This document shows positions 36,966 through 46,432 of a stretch of DNA of 64,000 nt, piece by piece. Made by a program: the position numbers and the translations under genes. Below the pieces are notes generated by a model. The model was not told the origin of the DNA. It was given only the letters and a program-made list of their open reading frames with translations, and ran no database searches. Source of the DNA: an uncultured Desulfobulbus sp. (lineage in GTDB: Bacteria > Desulfobacterota > Desulfobulbia > Desulfobulbales > Desulfobulbaceae); the NCBI GenBank assembly GCA_964545155.1, contig CAZJEX010000012.1:18270-82269 (forward strand), in the 5' to 3' direction. Positions within the stretch are counted from its first letter, which is position 1, and each line of letters opens with the position of its first letter.

Positions 36966-37868
36966 CTGCAGATCAACGACTCCATTGATCACCTTCAGCT
37001 TTTCCTTCAGCACCTGACTGTCCAACGAAGACTTGCCAAAAATACAGTTTTGTCCTATCGTGCTGACCTTCTGTCTTTTTTCGATTATTCAGCGGGGCTG
37101 AAATCCTCGGCTCCAGAGGCCATCGGAAAAGAGCATATCCAGCAATTCTTTCGTTTCTGCCATGAGCGGCGCATCAGCGCTCGATCCAATGCCCGCCGCC
37201 TGGCAGCGCTCCGCGCTTTTTTTCTTTTTCTTTGTGAACGGGGCGTGCTTTCCGTCAACCCGACCGCCGAGATCGACGCACCAAAAATTGGCCGCAGCCT
37301 CCCCAAAGCCCTCAGTGTCGCCGAAGTCGATACCCTGTTGCAATTGCCCGAGATTACGCCTCCGCTGGTCCTGCGGAATTACGCCATGCTGCATCTCTTA
37401 TATGGATCGGGACTCCGGGTTTCCGAGTTGGTCAACCTACCGGTCAATGGCTGCAATTTAACCAGCTACCATCTTCGTATTCTCGGCAAAGGCAACAAGG
37501 AGCGCATGGTGCCCTTTTCTGCCACCGCTGGCGGCCTTATCAAAGATTATATCGAAAGGGGGCGCCCGCAGCTGCTCAAGCGCAGGCCCAGTCCGCTGCT
37601 GTTTATTTCCAACCGGGGCAGCAGTATGACCAGAAACCGCTTCTGGCAGATCATCCAGGAAATCGCTCTGCGAGCGGGAATCAGTAAATCCATCAGTCCG
37701 CACATGCTTCGCCACTCCTTTGCCACCCATCTTCTTGCGGGTGGCGCTGACTTACGTTCGGTCCAGATGATGCTGGGGCACACCGATATTTCCACCACCC
37801 AGATCTATACCCATATTGATGTCGACCGATTGAAATCTTCCCACCAGCGGTTTCATCCGCGTGGCTAG
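36966..37868 (+). CDS. xerD: Tyrosine recombinase XerD; start apparently non-canonical
   Basis: Catalytic region HMLRHSFATHLLAGGADLRSVQMMLGHTDISTTQIYTHI and a tail HQRFHPRG like E. coli XerD. The ORF track starts at TTG 37050, but the upstream in-frame codons encode the conserved N-terminal helix (IDHLQLFLQHLTVQRRLAKNTVLSYRADL). The 5' end is set at CTG 36966. See findings. Confidence 0.8.
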   Translation: MQINDSIDHLQLFLQHLTVQRRLAKNTVLSYRADLLSFFDYSAGLKSSAPEAIGKEHIQQFFRFCHERRISARSNARRLAALRAFFLFLCERGVLSVNPTAEIDAPKIGRSLPKALSVAEVDTLLQLPEITPPLVLRNYAMLHLLYGSGLRVSELVNLPVNGCNLTSYHLRILGKGNKERMVPFSATAGGLIKDYIERGRPQLLKRRPSPLLFISNRGSSMTRNRFWQIIQEIALRAGISKSISPHMLRHSFATHLLAGGADLRSVQMMLGHTDISTTQIYTHIDVDRLKSSHQRFHPRG

Positions 37869-40024
37869 GCGTTGGCTGCAATGCTTGGCTGGGCTGGCGG
37901 CGGGGTTTCCAGTGGCAGCCTGACGGTAAATTCGGTCTGGCCGGGCACTGAGCGCACGGCAATCGTGCCGCCATGGGCTCGAATTATGCCATAGGAGACC
38001 GGCAGGCCGAGACCCGTCCCCTCCACCGCCGACTTGGTGGTGAAGAACGGCTCAAAAATATGATCGAGGTTTTCCGGTTTGATTCCCGGACCATCATCGC
38101 TAACCGTCAGCAGTATTTCTCCCTCTCCAATCGCAGTGCCAATGGTCAAAGTCCCGCCTTCTGCGGTCAAGGCATCGCCGGCGTTGATGAGCAGGTTGAT
38201 GAACACCTGGCGAATCTGATCTTCCACCGCCCCCAATCGGATGGGGTGTTCGTGGTATTTCCTGATAAGGGTGATGTTCTTTTTGGTCAGGAGGATTTGT
38301 TGTAATTTCAGGGTTTCATCCAATATCCGGTGCAGGTCAAAATCGGTTTTTTGGCCGCCGGAGGGGCGATTGAACTGCTGGAGATCGCGGATCAGTTTGC
38401 GCATACGGTCACATTCGTTTTCCGCCAGCTGCAATAGGTTTTGATCCTCCGGGCAAAGGCTTGGGCGCTGCTTGACATCACGCAGGGCAAAGCGGATTCC
38501 GAGGAGCGGATTGCCGAATTCGTGGGCAATGGAAGCCGCCAGTTTGCCGATGGCATCCAGTTTCTGGGCATGGTGTAATTGTTCAGCCAACTGGAGTTCT
38601 CGAGTGGTGTCACGTCCCATGGCCACCACATTGGTCAGTTGCCCTTGTGGATTAAGGATGGGGAAAATAATCGACTCCAGATGAATGCTTCGCCCCAAGG
38701 CATTGGTGGTGTTGAAGGTGCCGATCCAGGTTGCACCGTCCACGATCGATTTGGTCACACCCTCGATCTGCTGTTCGAGATGCAATCCTTGGAACGCCTC
38801 GATGACCTTTTTACCTACCAATGCGCCGATCTCATATCCCGTTACCGTCGCGAAGCTGGCATTGACAAATTCGATCCTGCCGTTGGCGTCAACGATCAGG
38901 ATCGGGGCTGGCGCCTGGCGGACGACCTTGGTGAACAGTTGTTTGATCTGTTCAAGTTGCTGTTGCTGGCTGATATCGGCAAAGAAAACAAGCGCGCCGG
39001 TGCAATGTTGATGCTCCAGGAGGGGGTAGGACCGCACGGAAATCAGCAGCAACTCGCCGTTCGGACGACGGAGCGGCATTTCATCGGTGATAATTACTTT
39101 TTGAGCATTGATGGTCGCTTTGACTTGTTCGCCGAGCAGATCAGGGTGCGACAATTCCTGGCAATCGTGGGCAAACCGTTCAAGGATGGGGCAACCGATT
39201 AACATATCGGGTGAGGCGGCCAGGAAATGATCCTGCCCTGCCCGATTGATGAAGGTGCAGTTGCCTTGGAGATCGACCCCGAAAATCGCTTCTTCGGTGG
39301 TATCGAAAAAGAGCCGGAGGTGTTGTTCCTTGGTCCGCAAATCACGAAAGGCCTGGAAGCCGGTCTGGCAAAGGGCGTTGAGCGTTGCCGTGACCTGGTC
39401 GAGTTCATCAGGTTGGGGGGAAGGGGAACGGTCCAGTTGCAACGGCCGGGGTTGGCTGTTGCGGATATCGATCACCTCGACATATTCGGCCAGCTTGGTT
39501 AGATGCTGGGAAATATTTTTTCGAAACAGCAGGAGGATGAAGCCGGAGACCAGGAAAGTCTTCACCGCATTGCTGCTGAGGAGGATGATGATTCTGCGGA
39601 GCAGGCGCTGATATACGCCAACAAGCGAAGCCATCACCCGTAAGCGGCCGATTTGTTCAGGGGCGCCGCGAACTGAATGATGTAGCGGGAAAATACGTGA
39701 AAGGCTGTTGTCCAGAACCGGTGCCCCTTTCGTCCAGGCGATCTGGTCGCCCATCTCGACCGCGGCGTAGACGATATCCTGACGCTTAATCAAGCCTTCG
39801 AGTTGCAGATTGACCTGGAGATCATCAAGAATCCAGACACTTTCTTCCAGCGGCCTGATGCTGGTCGTTTCGATAGAGGTGAAAAACGATTGAATATCGT
39901 TGATGTCTCTCCGGTAGTCGAGGTACAGCTGCAGGGCGGTTACCAACAGCGTCACCACGGTACTGAATAAAATGACCTGATAGGTCAGGCGATAGGCAAT
40001 ACGATTTTTTTTCCAGAGCGCCAA
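37865..40024 (-). CDS. Sensor histidine kinase with N-terminal membrane sensor region and PAS domains
   Basis: H-box HEFGNPLLGI, N-box NLLINAGDAL, G-boxes DDGPGI and GTGLGLPVS, and two TM segments flanking a periplasmic region of about 120 aa. Confidence 0.85.
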   Translation of the reverse strand: MALWKKNRIAYRLTYQVILFSTVVTLLVTALQLYLDYRRDINDIQSFFTSIETTSIRPLEESVWILDDLQVNLQLEGLIKRQDIVYAAVEMGDQIAWTKGAPVLDNSLSRIFPLHHSVRGAPEQIGRLRVMASLVGVYQRLLRRIIILLSSNAVKTFLVSGFILLLFRKNISQHLTKLAEYVEVIDIRNSQPRPLQLDRSPSPQPDELDQVTATLNALCQTGFQAFRDLRTKEQHLRLFFDTTEEAIFGVDLQGNCTFINRAGQDHFLAASPDMLIGCPILERFAHDCQELSHPDLLGEQVKATINAQKVIITDEMPLRRPNGELLLISVRSYPLLEHQHCTGALVFFADISQQQQLEQIKQLFTKVVRQAPAPILIVDANGRIEFVNASFATVTGYEIGALVGKKVIEAFQGLHLEQQIEGVTKSIVDGATWIGTFNTTNALGRSIHLESIIFPILNPQGQLTNVVAMGRDTTRELQLAEQLHHAQKLDAIGKLAASIAHEFGNPLLGIRFALRDVKQRPSLCPEDQNLLQLAENECDRMRKLIRDLQQFNRPSGGQKTDFDLHRILDETLKLQQILLTKKNITLIRKYHEHPIRLGAVEDQIRQVFINLLINAGDALTAEGGTLTIGTAIGEGEILLTVSDDGPGIKPENLDHIFEPFFTTKSAVEGTGLGLPVSYGIIRAHGGTIAVRSVPGQTEFTVRLPLETPPPAQPSIAANA

Positions 40025-40159
40025 AAGCCGTCACCTCATCTGCTATCGGTGGAAAGATCGTCTTGAAATACTCCAGCACCTGAGCCGGTCGATAACTGAG
40101 CGCCAGTGCAGGTTTTTTGGATGGTTGGGATGTGTACGCCGCATGTCTGCGTCCAGTCC

Positions 40160-40936
40160 TCAGGGCGTAATTTCCAGCCATGGACAGGTCTGCAACTGAC
40201 CAGCCAGCAATACCTGCAAGGAACTGTGTTTTGGCCGCAAGCGGCGGCGGACTTCCTCCTGCACCAGATCCGGGTGGTTGTTGATGGCGCTGAGATGGGC
40301 GAGCACCAGCAGTTGCAGGTGCTCCTCGGCCAGACGGGCGGCCAGATCAACCGAGTCGCCATTGGCCAGATGCCCACGGCTCGACAATACCCGTTGCTTG
40401 AGCGCCAGCGGATACGGCCCCTCCTGCAACATCTGCACATCGTGGTTGGCCTCGAGGATCAGGGCCTGGCATTTTTGCAGGTGATGCTTGATGAGTTGGG
40501 TGATTTTGCCGGTGTCGGTACAGTAGCCCAAACGGCAAGTCCCATCGCTGACCACGAAGCCCACCGGATCGGCAGTGTCATGGGACACCGAAAAAGGATG
40601 TACCTGCAGATCGCCGATAACGAACGGTTCGCCGGTGCCGAATTCCCGATGTACCGGCAACGGCCCGAACCGATGTTCCCCGGCCCGATGGGTGGCGTGG
40701 TTGGCGTACACCGGAAGGTTGAGCCGCCGCGCCAGCACCCCGACCCCTTTGACGTGGTCATCGTGTTCATGGGTGATGATCAGGGCGGTGAGCATTTCCG
40801 GGTCGAGGCCCAAGCGGTTAAGCCGCCCGATAATCTCCTTGGCGGAAAAACCGTTGTCAATGAGCAGGCGGGTAGAGCCGGATTCCACCAGCGTGCAGTT
40901 CCCCTTGCTGCCGCTGCCCAAAACTGAAAATTTCAT
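40160..40936 (-). CDS. MBL-fold metallo-hydrolase (YycJ/WalJ-like)
   Basis: [18 protein letters not shown] and the THEHDDH zinc motif. An ATGA overlap links it to the dut stop. Confidence 0.8.
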   Translation of the reverse strand: MKFSVLGSGSKGNCTLVESGSTRLLIDNGFSAKEIIGRLNRLGLDPEMLTALIITHEHDDHVKGVGVLARRLNLPVYANHATHRAGEHRFGPLPVHREFGTGEPFVIGDLQVHPFSVSHDTADPVGFVVSDGTCRLGYCTDTGKITQLIKHHLQKCQALILEANHDVQMLQEGPYPLALKQRVLSSRGHLANGDSVDLAARLAEEHLQLLVLAHLSAINNHPDLVQEEVRRRLRPKHSSLQVLLAGQLQTCPWLEITP

Positions 40937-41430
40937 GTGAGTTCAGCGTCGGGGCGAAAGGGCTCCGAGGGTTGGATGCCTGTGTGGCCGAATCCACCGC
41001 TACCGCGGACCGTGGGGTCCAGTGCTGGAACCACCTGCAACTCCGCTCGGGAAACCGGCGCCAGAATCAATTGGGCGATGCGGTCACCCCGTCGGATCGT
41101 GAAGGGGGCGCGGCCGAGATTGATCAGCCCCACCTTGACCTCGCCCCGGTAATCGGCATCAATGGTCCCGGGGGCATTGACCACGGTGATCCCATGCTTC
41201 ACTGCCAGGCCGGAACGGGGACGAACTTGAATTTCATACCCCTCGGGGATAGCCACGGCAAACCCGCAGGGCACCAGGCCGATCGCGCCGGGTTCGAGTA
41301 CTACGGGTTCCCGGAGGGCGGCACAGACGTCCATGCCTGCGGCCAAGGCCGTTTCGTACACCGGCAATCGTAGCCCTTCGGCATGTTGATGGTCGATCCA
41401 GGTAAAAGCAACACGTACCGTTTGCATCAC
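40933..41430 (-). CDS. dut: dUTP diphosphatase
   Basis: [36 protein letters not shown] and [10 protein letters not shown] motifs. Confidence 0.92.
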   Translation of the reverse strand: MMQTVRVAFTWIDHQHAEGLRLPVYETALAAGMDVCAALREPVVLEPGAIGLVPCGFAVAIPEGYEIQVRPRSGLAVKHGITVVNAPGTIDADYRGEVKVGLINLGRAPFTIRRGDRIAQLILAPVSRAELQVVPALDPTVRGSGGFGHTGIQPSEPFRPDAELT

Positions 41431-41460
41431 ATTTTCCCTTATCTGCTTTGGTGGTTACAT

Positions 41461-41498
41461 AAAAAAAAGCCGATCCCGCTCACGCGGTAATCGGCTTT
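41461..41498 (-). terminator. Rho-independent terminator of pnp
   Basis: Minus-strand AAAGCCGAT-taCCGCgtgaGCGGg-ATCGGCTTT followed by T8, 28 nt after the pnp stop. Confidence 0.8.
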
Positions 41499-41525
41499 CC
41501 AATCAACTCAACGGGGCACGATAAC

Positions 41526-43613
41526 TTACTCTTCACCCTCTGCCAAAGCGGCTTTACGGCTGAGGCGGATACGGCCGCGGCTATCGACATCGATCACTTT
41601 AACCTTGATGATATCACCTTCCTTGACGACATCGGTCACGTTCTTGACCCGGTCGTTAGCCAGTTCAGAGATGTGGACCATACCGTCGGTTCCCGGGAAA
41701 ATCTGGACAAAGGCGCCGAAATCCTTGATGGTGCGGACTTCACCTTCATAGATCTTGCCAACCTCAGGCACTGCAGTGATCTGCTGGATGCGCTTAACCA
41801 GGGCATTGGCAGATTCACAGTTGTTGCTGAAGATCTTGATGGTGCCGTCATCCTCGACATCAATTTTCGAGTCGAATTCCGCCGTCATCTCCCGGATGAT
41901 CTTGCCGCCGGGGCCGATAATATCGCGAATCTTATCGGGGTTGATCTTCATGGTGATATACTTGGGCGCATGCTCGGAAACCACGGCCCTTGGCGAGCCG
42001 AGCGCCTCTTCCATTTTTTCCAGGATATGAATCCTCCCTTTTTTGGCCTGATCCAGCGCTCGGGACATGATCGCGCGGTCAACGCCGTCGATTTTGATGT
42101 CCATCTGCAGCCCGGTGATGCCGCCACGGGTGCCGACCACCTTGAAATCCATATCGCCGAGATGATCTTCATCACCGAGGATATCGGTGAGTACCACCAC
42201 TTGATCGCCTTCCTTGATCAAGCCCATGGCGACGCCGGAAACGGGCGCTTTGACCGGGACGCCGGCATCCATAAGCGCCAGGCTGGCGCCGCAGACCGTG
42301 GCCATGGAGGATGAGCCATTTGATTCCAACACTTCCGAAACCACCCGCATGGTGTAGGGGAAGGCGTCACCGGCCGGCAACACCGCTTCAATACCGCGAC
42401 GGGCCAGGGTGCCGTGGCCGATATCGCGGCGGCTTGGACCGCTCAGGCGGCGAACCTCGCCAACACAGAACGGCGGAAAGTTGTAGTGGAGCATGAAACG
42501 GCGATAGACATCGCCGCCCAACCCTTCAAGGTGTTGTTCGTCGCGTTCGCTGCCCAGCGTGCCGATGACCAGGGCCTGGGTCTCGCCCCTTGTGAAGAGC
42601 GCCGAGCCATGGGCCCGCGGCAGGATGCCGACTTCGCAGGTAATCGGACGGACTTCTTCGAAGCTCCGACCATCGAGGCGAAGGCCCTTGCTGACAATGC
42701 GATCCCGCATCACGTGTTTCTTGTAGTCGCTGAGCAGCGCTGTGACCTGACCGGGGGCATCGTACATGGCGGGGTCGATCAGGGCCAGGACCTCTGCCTT
42801 GAGCTGGCTGTAGCGGCTGGAACGGGCCATTTTATCGGCGGTGGTCACCACCTCTTCCATGCCCGGGGCGGCGGCATCCTCGACTAATTTTTTAAGCGGC
42901 ACGTTGACGGTCGGCGGCACCACCACTCGCTTAGCTTTTCCGGCCTCCTGCTGCAGTCGCAACTGCAGGTCAATCAGCGGTTGGATACCGGCATGGGCAA
43001 AAAAGATAGCCTCCAGAATCACCGCTTCGTCCATCTCTCCGGCCCGGCCCTCGACCATGACCACCGCCGTGCGGGTGCCGGCGACCACTAGACTGATCTG
43101 GGATTTTTCGAGTTGGCTCTTGCTGGGGTTGAGTACATACTCACCGTCGATGTACCCGACCCGGGCGGCGGCAACCGGTCCGGCAAAGGGGATGTCGGAG
43201 AGCATCAGGGCGGCGGAGGCGCCGTTCATGGCCAGGATATCAGGATCGAGATCCTGATCCGCCGAGAAGACCGTGGCAATCAACTGGGTCTCGCTGGAAT
43301 ATCCCTCGGGAAAGAGCGGGCGCAACGGTCGATCGATCATTCTGCAGGTTAAGACTTCCTTTTCGCTGGGGCGGCCGATCTCACGCCGAAAATAACTGCC
43401 GGGAATGCGGCCTGCAGCATACATCCGTTCCTGATACTCGATGGTCAGCGGCAGGAAACCCAGGTCCTTCGACTCGGTTTCGGCAACCACGGTGATCAGC
43501 ACCATGGTGTCGCCGCTCGAAACCACGACCGAGCCACTGGCCTGTTTCGCCATCTTGCCTGTTTCAAAGACGAGGGTTCGCCCGCCTATATTGGTTTCAA
43601 ATGTTTGTTTCAT
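41526..43613 (-). CDS. pnp: Polyribonucleotide nucleotidyltransferase (PNPase)
   Basis: 695 aa with two RNase PH domains, KH and S1 ([20 protein letters not shown]). AGGAG lies 5 nt upstream of the ATG. Confidence 0.95.
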   Translation of the reverse strand: MKQTFETNIGGRTLVFETGKMAKQASGSVVVSSGDTMVLITVVAETESKDLGFLPLTIEYQERMYAAGRIPGSYFRREIGRPSEKEVLTCRMIDRPLRPLFPEGYSSETQLIATVFSADQDLDPDILAMNGASAALMLSDIPFAGPVAAARVGYIDGEYVLNPSKSQLEKSQISLVVAGTRTAVVMVEGRAGEMDEAVILEAIFFAHAGIQPLIDLQLRLQQEAGKAKRVVVPPTVNVPLKKLVEDAAAPGMEEVVTTADKMARSSRYSQLKAEVLALIDPAMYDAPGQVTALLSDYKKHVMRDRIVSKGLRLDGRSFEEVRPITCEVGILPRAHGSALFTRGETQALVIGTLGSERDEQHLEGLGGDVYRRFMLHYNFPPFCVGEVRRLSGPSRRDIGHGTLARRGIEAVLPAGDAFPYTMRVVSEVLESNGSSSMATVCGASLALMDAGVPVKAPVSGVAMGLIKEGDQVVVLTDILGDEDHLGDMDFKVVGTRGGITGLQMDIKIDGVDRAIMSRALDQAKKGRIHILEKMEEALGSPRAVVSEHAPKYITMKINPDKIRDIIGPGGKIIREMTAEFDSKIDVEDDGTIKIFSNNCESANALVKRIQQITAVPEVGKIYEGEVRTIKDFGAFVQIFPGTDGMVHISELANDRVKNVTDVVKEGDIIKVKVIDVDSRGRIRLSRKAALAEGEE

Positions 43614-43686
43614 ACGTACTCCTGTTCCGGTGCTCCCGGAATGTGCATTGATAGGTGACGATTAGTCCGGTGCAGCGTAATGCCGT

Positions 43687-43751
43687 CACAAAGGCACAAA
43701 GGATGCAGCGACAATCTCCATCCTTTGCCAATTCTCTCTGTGTCCTTTGTG
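43687..43751 (-). promoter_or_regulatory. Structured pnp leader: nested hairpins built from CACAAAGG / CCTTTGTG repeats
   Basis: An inner perfect 9-bp stem pairs CAAAGGATG (43697-43705) with CATCCTTTG (43719-43727). An outer stem pairs CACAAAGG (43687-43694) with CCTTTGTG (43744-43751). A further hairpin TTCCGG/CCGGAA at 43625-43640 abuts the SD. Confidence 0.5.
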
Positions 43752-43799
43752 TCTTTATGACGTTCCCGTTGTTGCTGGCCTGATTCATCGTGGGGTAAG

Positions 43800-43830
43800 C
43801 GAGGGGAGAACCACCGTGGTTCTCCCCTCG
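43800..43830 (-). terminator. Perfect 14-bp hairpin immediately after rpsO (attenuating terminator or processing site, no U-tract)
   Basis: CGAGGGGAGAACCA-ccg-TGGTTCTCCCCTCG, 9 nt after the rpsO stop. Confidence 0.55.
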
Positions 43831-43838
43831 GAAGTGAC

Positions 43839-44108
43839 TTATTTGCGGATACCGAGGGCCTGGATAAGGGACCGGTATTTGGCGACGTCTTTCTTTTGTA
43901 GATATTTAAGCAGATTGCGACGCTGACCAACGAGTTTCAACAGGCCGCGACGGCTATGATGATCCTTGGAATGGGTTCTGAAATGATCGGTAAGGTACTG
44001 AATACGCTCGGTGAGGAGGGCGATTTGCACCTCGCAGGACCCGGTATCGGTATCATGGATCTTGAATTTTTCGATAATTTCTTTTTTCTTTTCAACTGTC
44101 TGTGCCAT
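43839..44108 (-). CDS. rpsO: 30S ribosomal protein S15
   Basis: The preferred start is [15 protein letters not shown] (44108). The sequence continues [48 protein letters not shown]. Confidence 0.93.
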   Translation of the reverse strand: MAQTVEKKKEIIEKFKIHDTDTGSCEVQIALLTERIQYLTDHFRTHSKDHHSRRGLLKLVGQRRNLLKYLQKKDVAKYRSLIQALGIRK

Positions 44109-44271
44109 GGGCATTACCACCTTTTTTCCTTCTGCTACCAGAAAAGCAACATCCCTCAGCCTTTACTGGAGTCTGGATAAAATGTTCCTGGTTCCGGGTC
44201 AGAGGGGCGACCAGGAGGAACGATAGACAACTTCTCACTTCTATACTCTACGCCGCTAAACTGTGGCAAGT

Positions 44272-45039
44272 TTAAAGCGACGGCCCTGAAATGAAGCGCA
44301 GCGCCTCTTCGATGCTCAACCTGCCGTTATGCAACAGCTGCAGGCCCTCTTCGGTAAAAAGTCCGAGTCCCGGCAGGCAGGTGTCCACGGAGAAGGGGCC
44401 GCTGACGGTTCGGCGCAGTGCAATCAGATGGGCGCCGCATCCCAAATCTCTGCCAATATCGGCGGCAAGCACCCTGATATAGGTGCCTCGGCTGCATGCA
44501 ACTTCAATGTCCAACTGATGGGTGTCGGCATCGTAGCCCTTGCCAAGCAGTGTGTAGATCTCGATGGGTTTGGCCGCTTTTTCGATGAAAACCCCTTTTC
44601 GGGCATAGACATACAACGGCTTGCCTTTGTGTTTCGCGGCCGAGTAGGGGGGCGGTGCCTGCAATTGCGGCCCCATGTACCGTTGCAGGCAGGTCTCGAT
44701 GGTTTCTCGGTCGAGTTTTGGGACGACCGAAGTGCTGGTGATCTTGCCTTCGGGATCCTGGGTCTCGGTCTCGATGCCCAACTGGAGCCGGGCCAGATAG
44801 GTTTTGCGGCCGGTCATAAACTGGTCGATGCATCGGGTGGCGGTCCTGCCGGCGCAGACCACGAGCAGTCCGGTAGCGAAAGGGTCAAGCGTACCGGCAT
44901 GGCCGACTTTTTTAATCCCGAGCAGCCAACGGATTTTTCGGACAATGGCAAAGGAACTCATGCCCGCGGGCTTGTCTACCAGAAAGACTCCCTCGTCCCA
45001 TGCCTGTCCCTCGGTCCGGACAGGTGCTTCGCTCACCAT
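44272..45039 (-). CDS. truB: tRNA pseudouridine(55) synthase
   Basis: GVFLVDKPAGMSS, then KVGHAGTLDPFATGLLVV carrying the catalytic Asp, in the expected position between rbfA/nrnA and rpsO. Confidence 0.92.
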   Translation of the reverse strand: MVSEAPVRTEGQAWDEGVFLVDKPAGMSSFAIVRKIRWLLGIKKVGHAGTLDPFATGLLVVCAGRTATRCIDQFMTGRKTYLARLQLGIETETQDPEGKITSTSVVPKLDRETIETCLQRYMGPQLQAPPPYSAAKHKGKPLYVYARKGVFIEKAAKPIEIYTLLGKGYDADTHQLDIEVACSRGTYIRVLAADIGRDLGCGAHLIALRRTVSGPFSVDTCLPGLGLFTEEGLQLLHNGRLSIEEALRFISGPSL

Positions 45040-45042
45040 GGG

Positions 45043-46035
45043 TTAAACAATGATTTCCTGGCGCAAGAGTGGCAGCAGGGCGTCGCGCACCGCGTCCAGG
45101 GTCTGTCCCTTGACCCGGTATCCACTGGCGTTGCGGTGACCACCACCCCCAAATTGAGCCGCGATCAGCGAAACATCGCATTGTCCTTTGGCCCGCAGAC
45201 TAACGGAAACGACACCTGGACTCACTTCCTTGAGAAAAACCGCGACCCGAACCGAACGAACAGCGCGGGGGAAATTGATAAAATATTCGGTGTCGCCCAT
45301 GGTGGTGAAGGTCCGCTCGAGCATCTTCTGGGTCACCCTGATGACGGCAATCCGATCTCGTTCGTGCATCTCGAGACTTGCCAGCACTTCCTGCATCAGG
45401 CGAAGACGCCCCAGGGTATAGTTGTCATACAGATGGTTGGAGATAATTTCCGGATGCACGCCCCGCCGTACTAGTTGGCCGGCGACCATAAAGGTGTGGC
45501 TGCTGGTGGATTCGTAGCGAAACGATCCGGTATCGGTGGTGATCGCCGCATACAGGCATTCGGCGGCACGGGTGGAGATTTCCGACCCCATCGCCTCGGC
45601 CAGGTCATAAATCATCTCACCGGTGGAAGAACGATGGGTTTCGATCCAGGCACCATCTCCGAAACCATTGTTTCCCTGGTGATGATCAATCACCATCAGG
45701 GGGCGAAAACTTATCAGTTCCGGGCTGTTGGCGCCTAATCGATGGGCGTCGCCGCAATCCAGGCAGACGGTGAGCAAATCGTCCTTGGCTTGCGCGACGA
45801 ACTCTCGGACTTTTTCCATGTCCGTCTGGATATGACCGCATCCGGGCAGAAAACGGTAGAGCGGCGAGACCGGTTCTTCAAGATATCTGAGTACCTGCTT
45901 ACCCATTCCTTCGAGAATTTCGGCGAGGCCGAGCAGGGATCCCAGGGCATCTCCATCCGGATTATAATGGGTAGCCAGGAGTATATGCCCTTTGGTTTGT
46001 ACCGCTGCCAGGACCGTTTGATCAGGGCTCGTCAT
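45043..46035 (-). CDS. nrnA: DHH/DHHA1 phosphoesterase (NrnA-type nanoRNase / pAp phosphatase)
   Basis: The preferred start is MTSPDQTVL (46035), which overlaps the rbfA 3' end by 14 nt. THYNPDGDALGS, VIDHHQGN and GGGHRNASG motifs are present. Confidence 0.8.
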   Translation of the reverse strand: MTSPDQTVLAAVQTKGHILLATHYNPDGDALGSLLGLAEILEGMGKQVLRYLEEPVSPLYRFLPGCGHIQTDMEKVREFVAQAKDDLLTVCLDCGDAHRLGANSPELISFRPLMVIDHHQGNNGFGDGAWIETHRSSTGEMIYDLAEAMGSEISTRAAECLYAAITTDTGSFRYESTSSHTFMVAGQLVRRGVHPEIISNHLYDNYTLGRLRLMQEVLASLEMHERDRIAVIRVTQKMLERTFTTMGDTEYFINFPRAVRSVRVAVFLKEVSPGVVSVSLRAKGQCDVSLIAAQFGGGGHRNASGYRVKGQTLDAVRDALLPLLRQEIIV

Positions 46036-46423
46036 TTTTTCGTTCCTTTGCAATCTGGCGGAACAAGGTGTCCATGTGCTGCACTTCTTCGTTGAGGCTG
46101 TCAAAGTAGAACAAAAGTTCAGGGGTGTATCGCAGGTTAAGCGTTTTGGCCAGGTGACTGCGGAAAAACCCCTTGGCCCGTTGCATGCCCTTTTGGGCAG
46201 GGCCCCGGTTGGTTCCCACCGGTACCGAAAAATAAATTTTGGCCTGCTTGAGATCCGGGGTCACGATCACCTTGGTGATCAGGACCCCGGTTAAATGGGG
46301 GTCGGCGGTTTTCTGGAGCAGCAACAGTGACAGTTCGTTGCCAATCGCCTCGGAAACGCGGTTCGGCCTTGAACTTTCAGGGCGCCCCAGACCGGGAAGT
46401 TTGAAATCAAATTCCATAGGCAT
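46022..46423 (-). CDS. rbfA: Ribosome-binding factor A
   Basis: RPNRVSEAIGNELSLLL..DPHLTGVLITKVIVTPDLKQAKIYFS, directly downstream of infB. Confidence 0.9.
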   Translation of the reverse strand: MPMEFDFKLPGLGRPESSRPNRVSEAIGNELSLLLLQKTADPHLTGVLITKVIVTPDLKQAKIYFSVPVGTNRGPAQKGMQRAKGFFRSHLAKTLNLRYTPELLFYFDSLNEEVQHMDTLFRQIAKERKNDEP

Positions 46424-46432
46424 AGTCGTTAA

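Noticed and set aside
36966-37868. The tyrosine recombinase read as an integrase marking a mobile element or genomic island.
   Set aside because: The catalytic region and the C-terminal tail are XerD-like. There is no adjacent tRNA target, no flanking direct repeats and no phage or IS genes. The neighbours are housekeeping genes (rpsU, ddl, serS).
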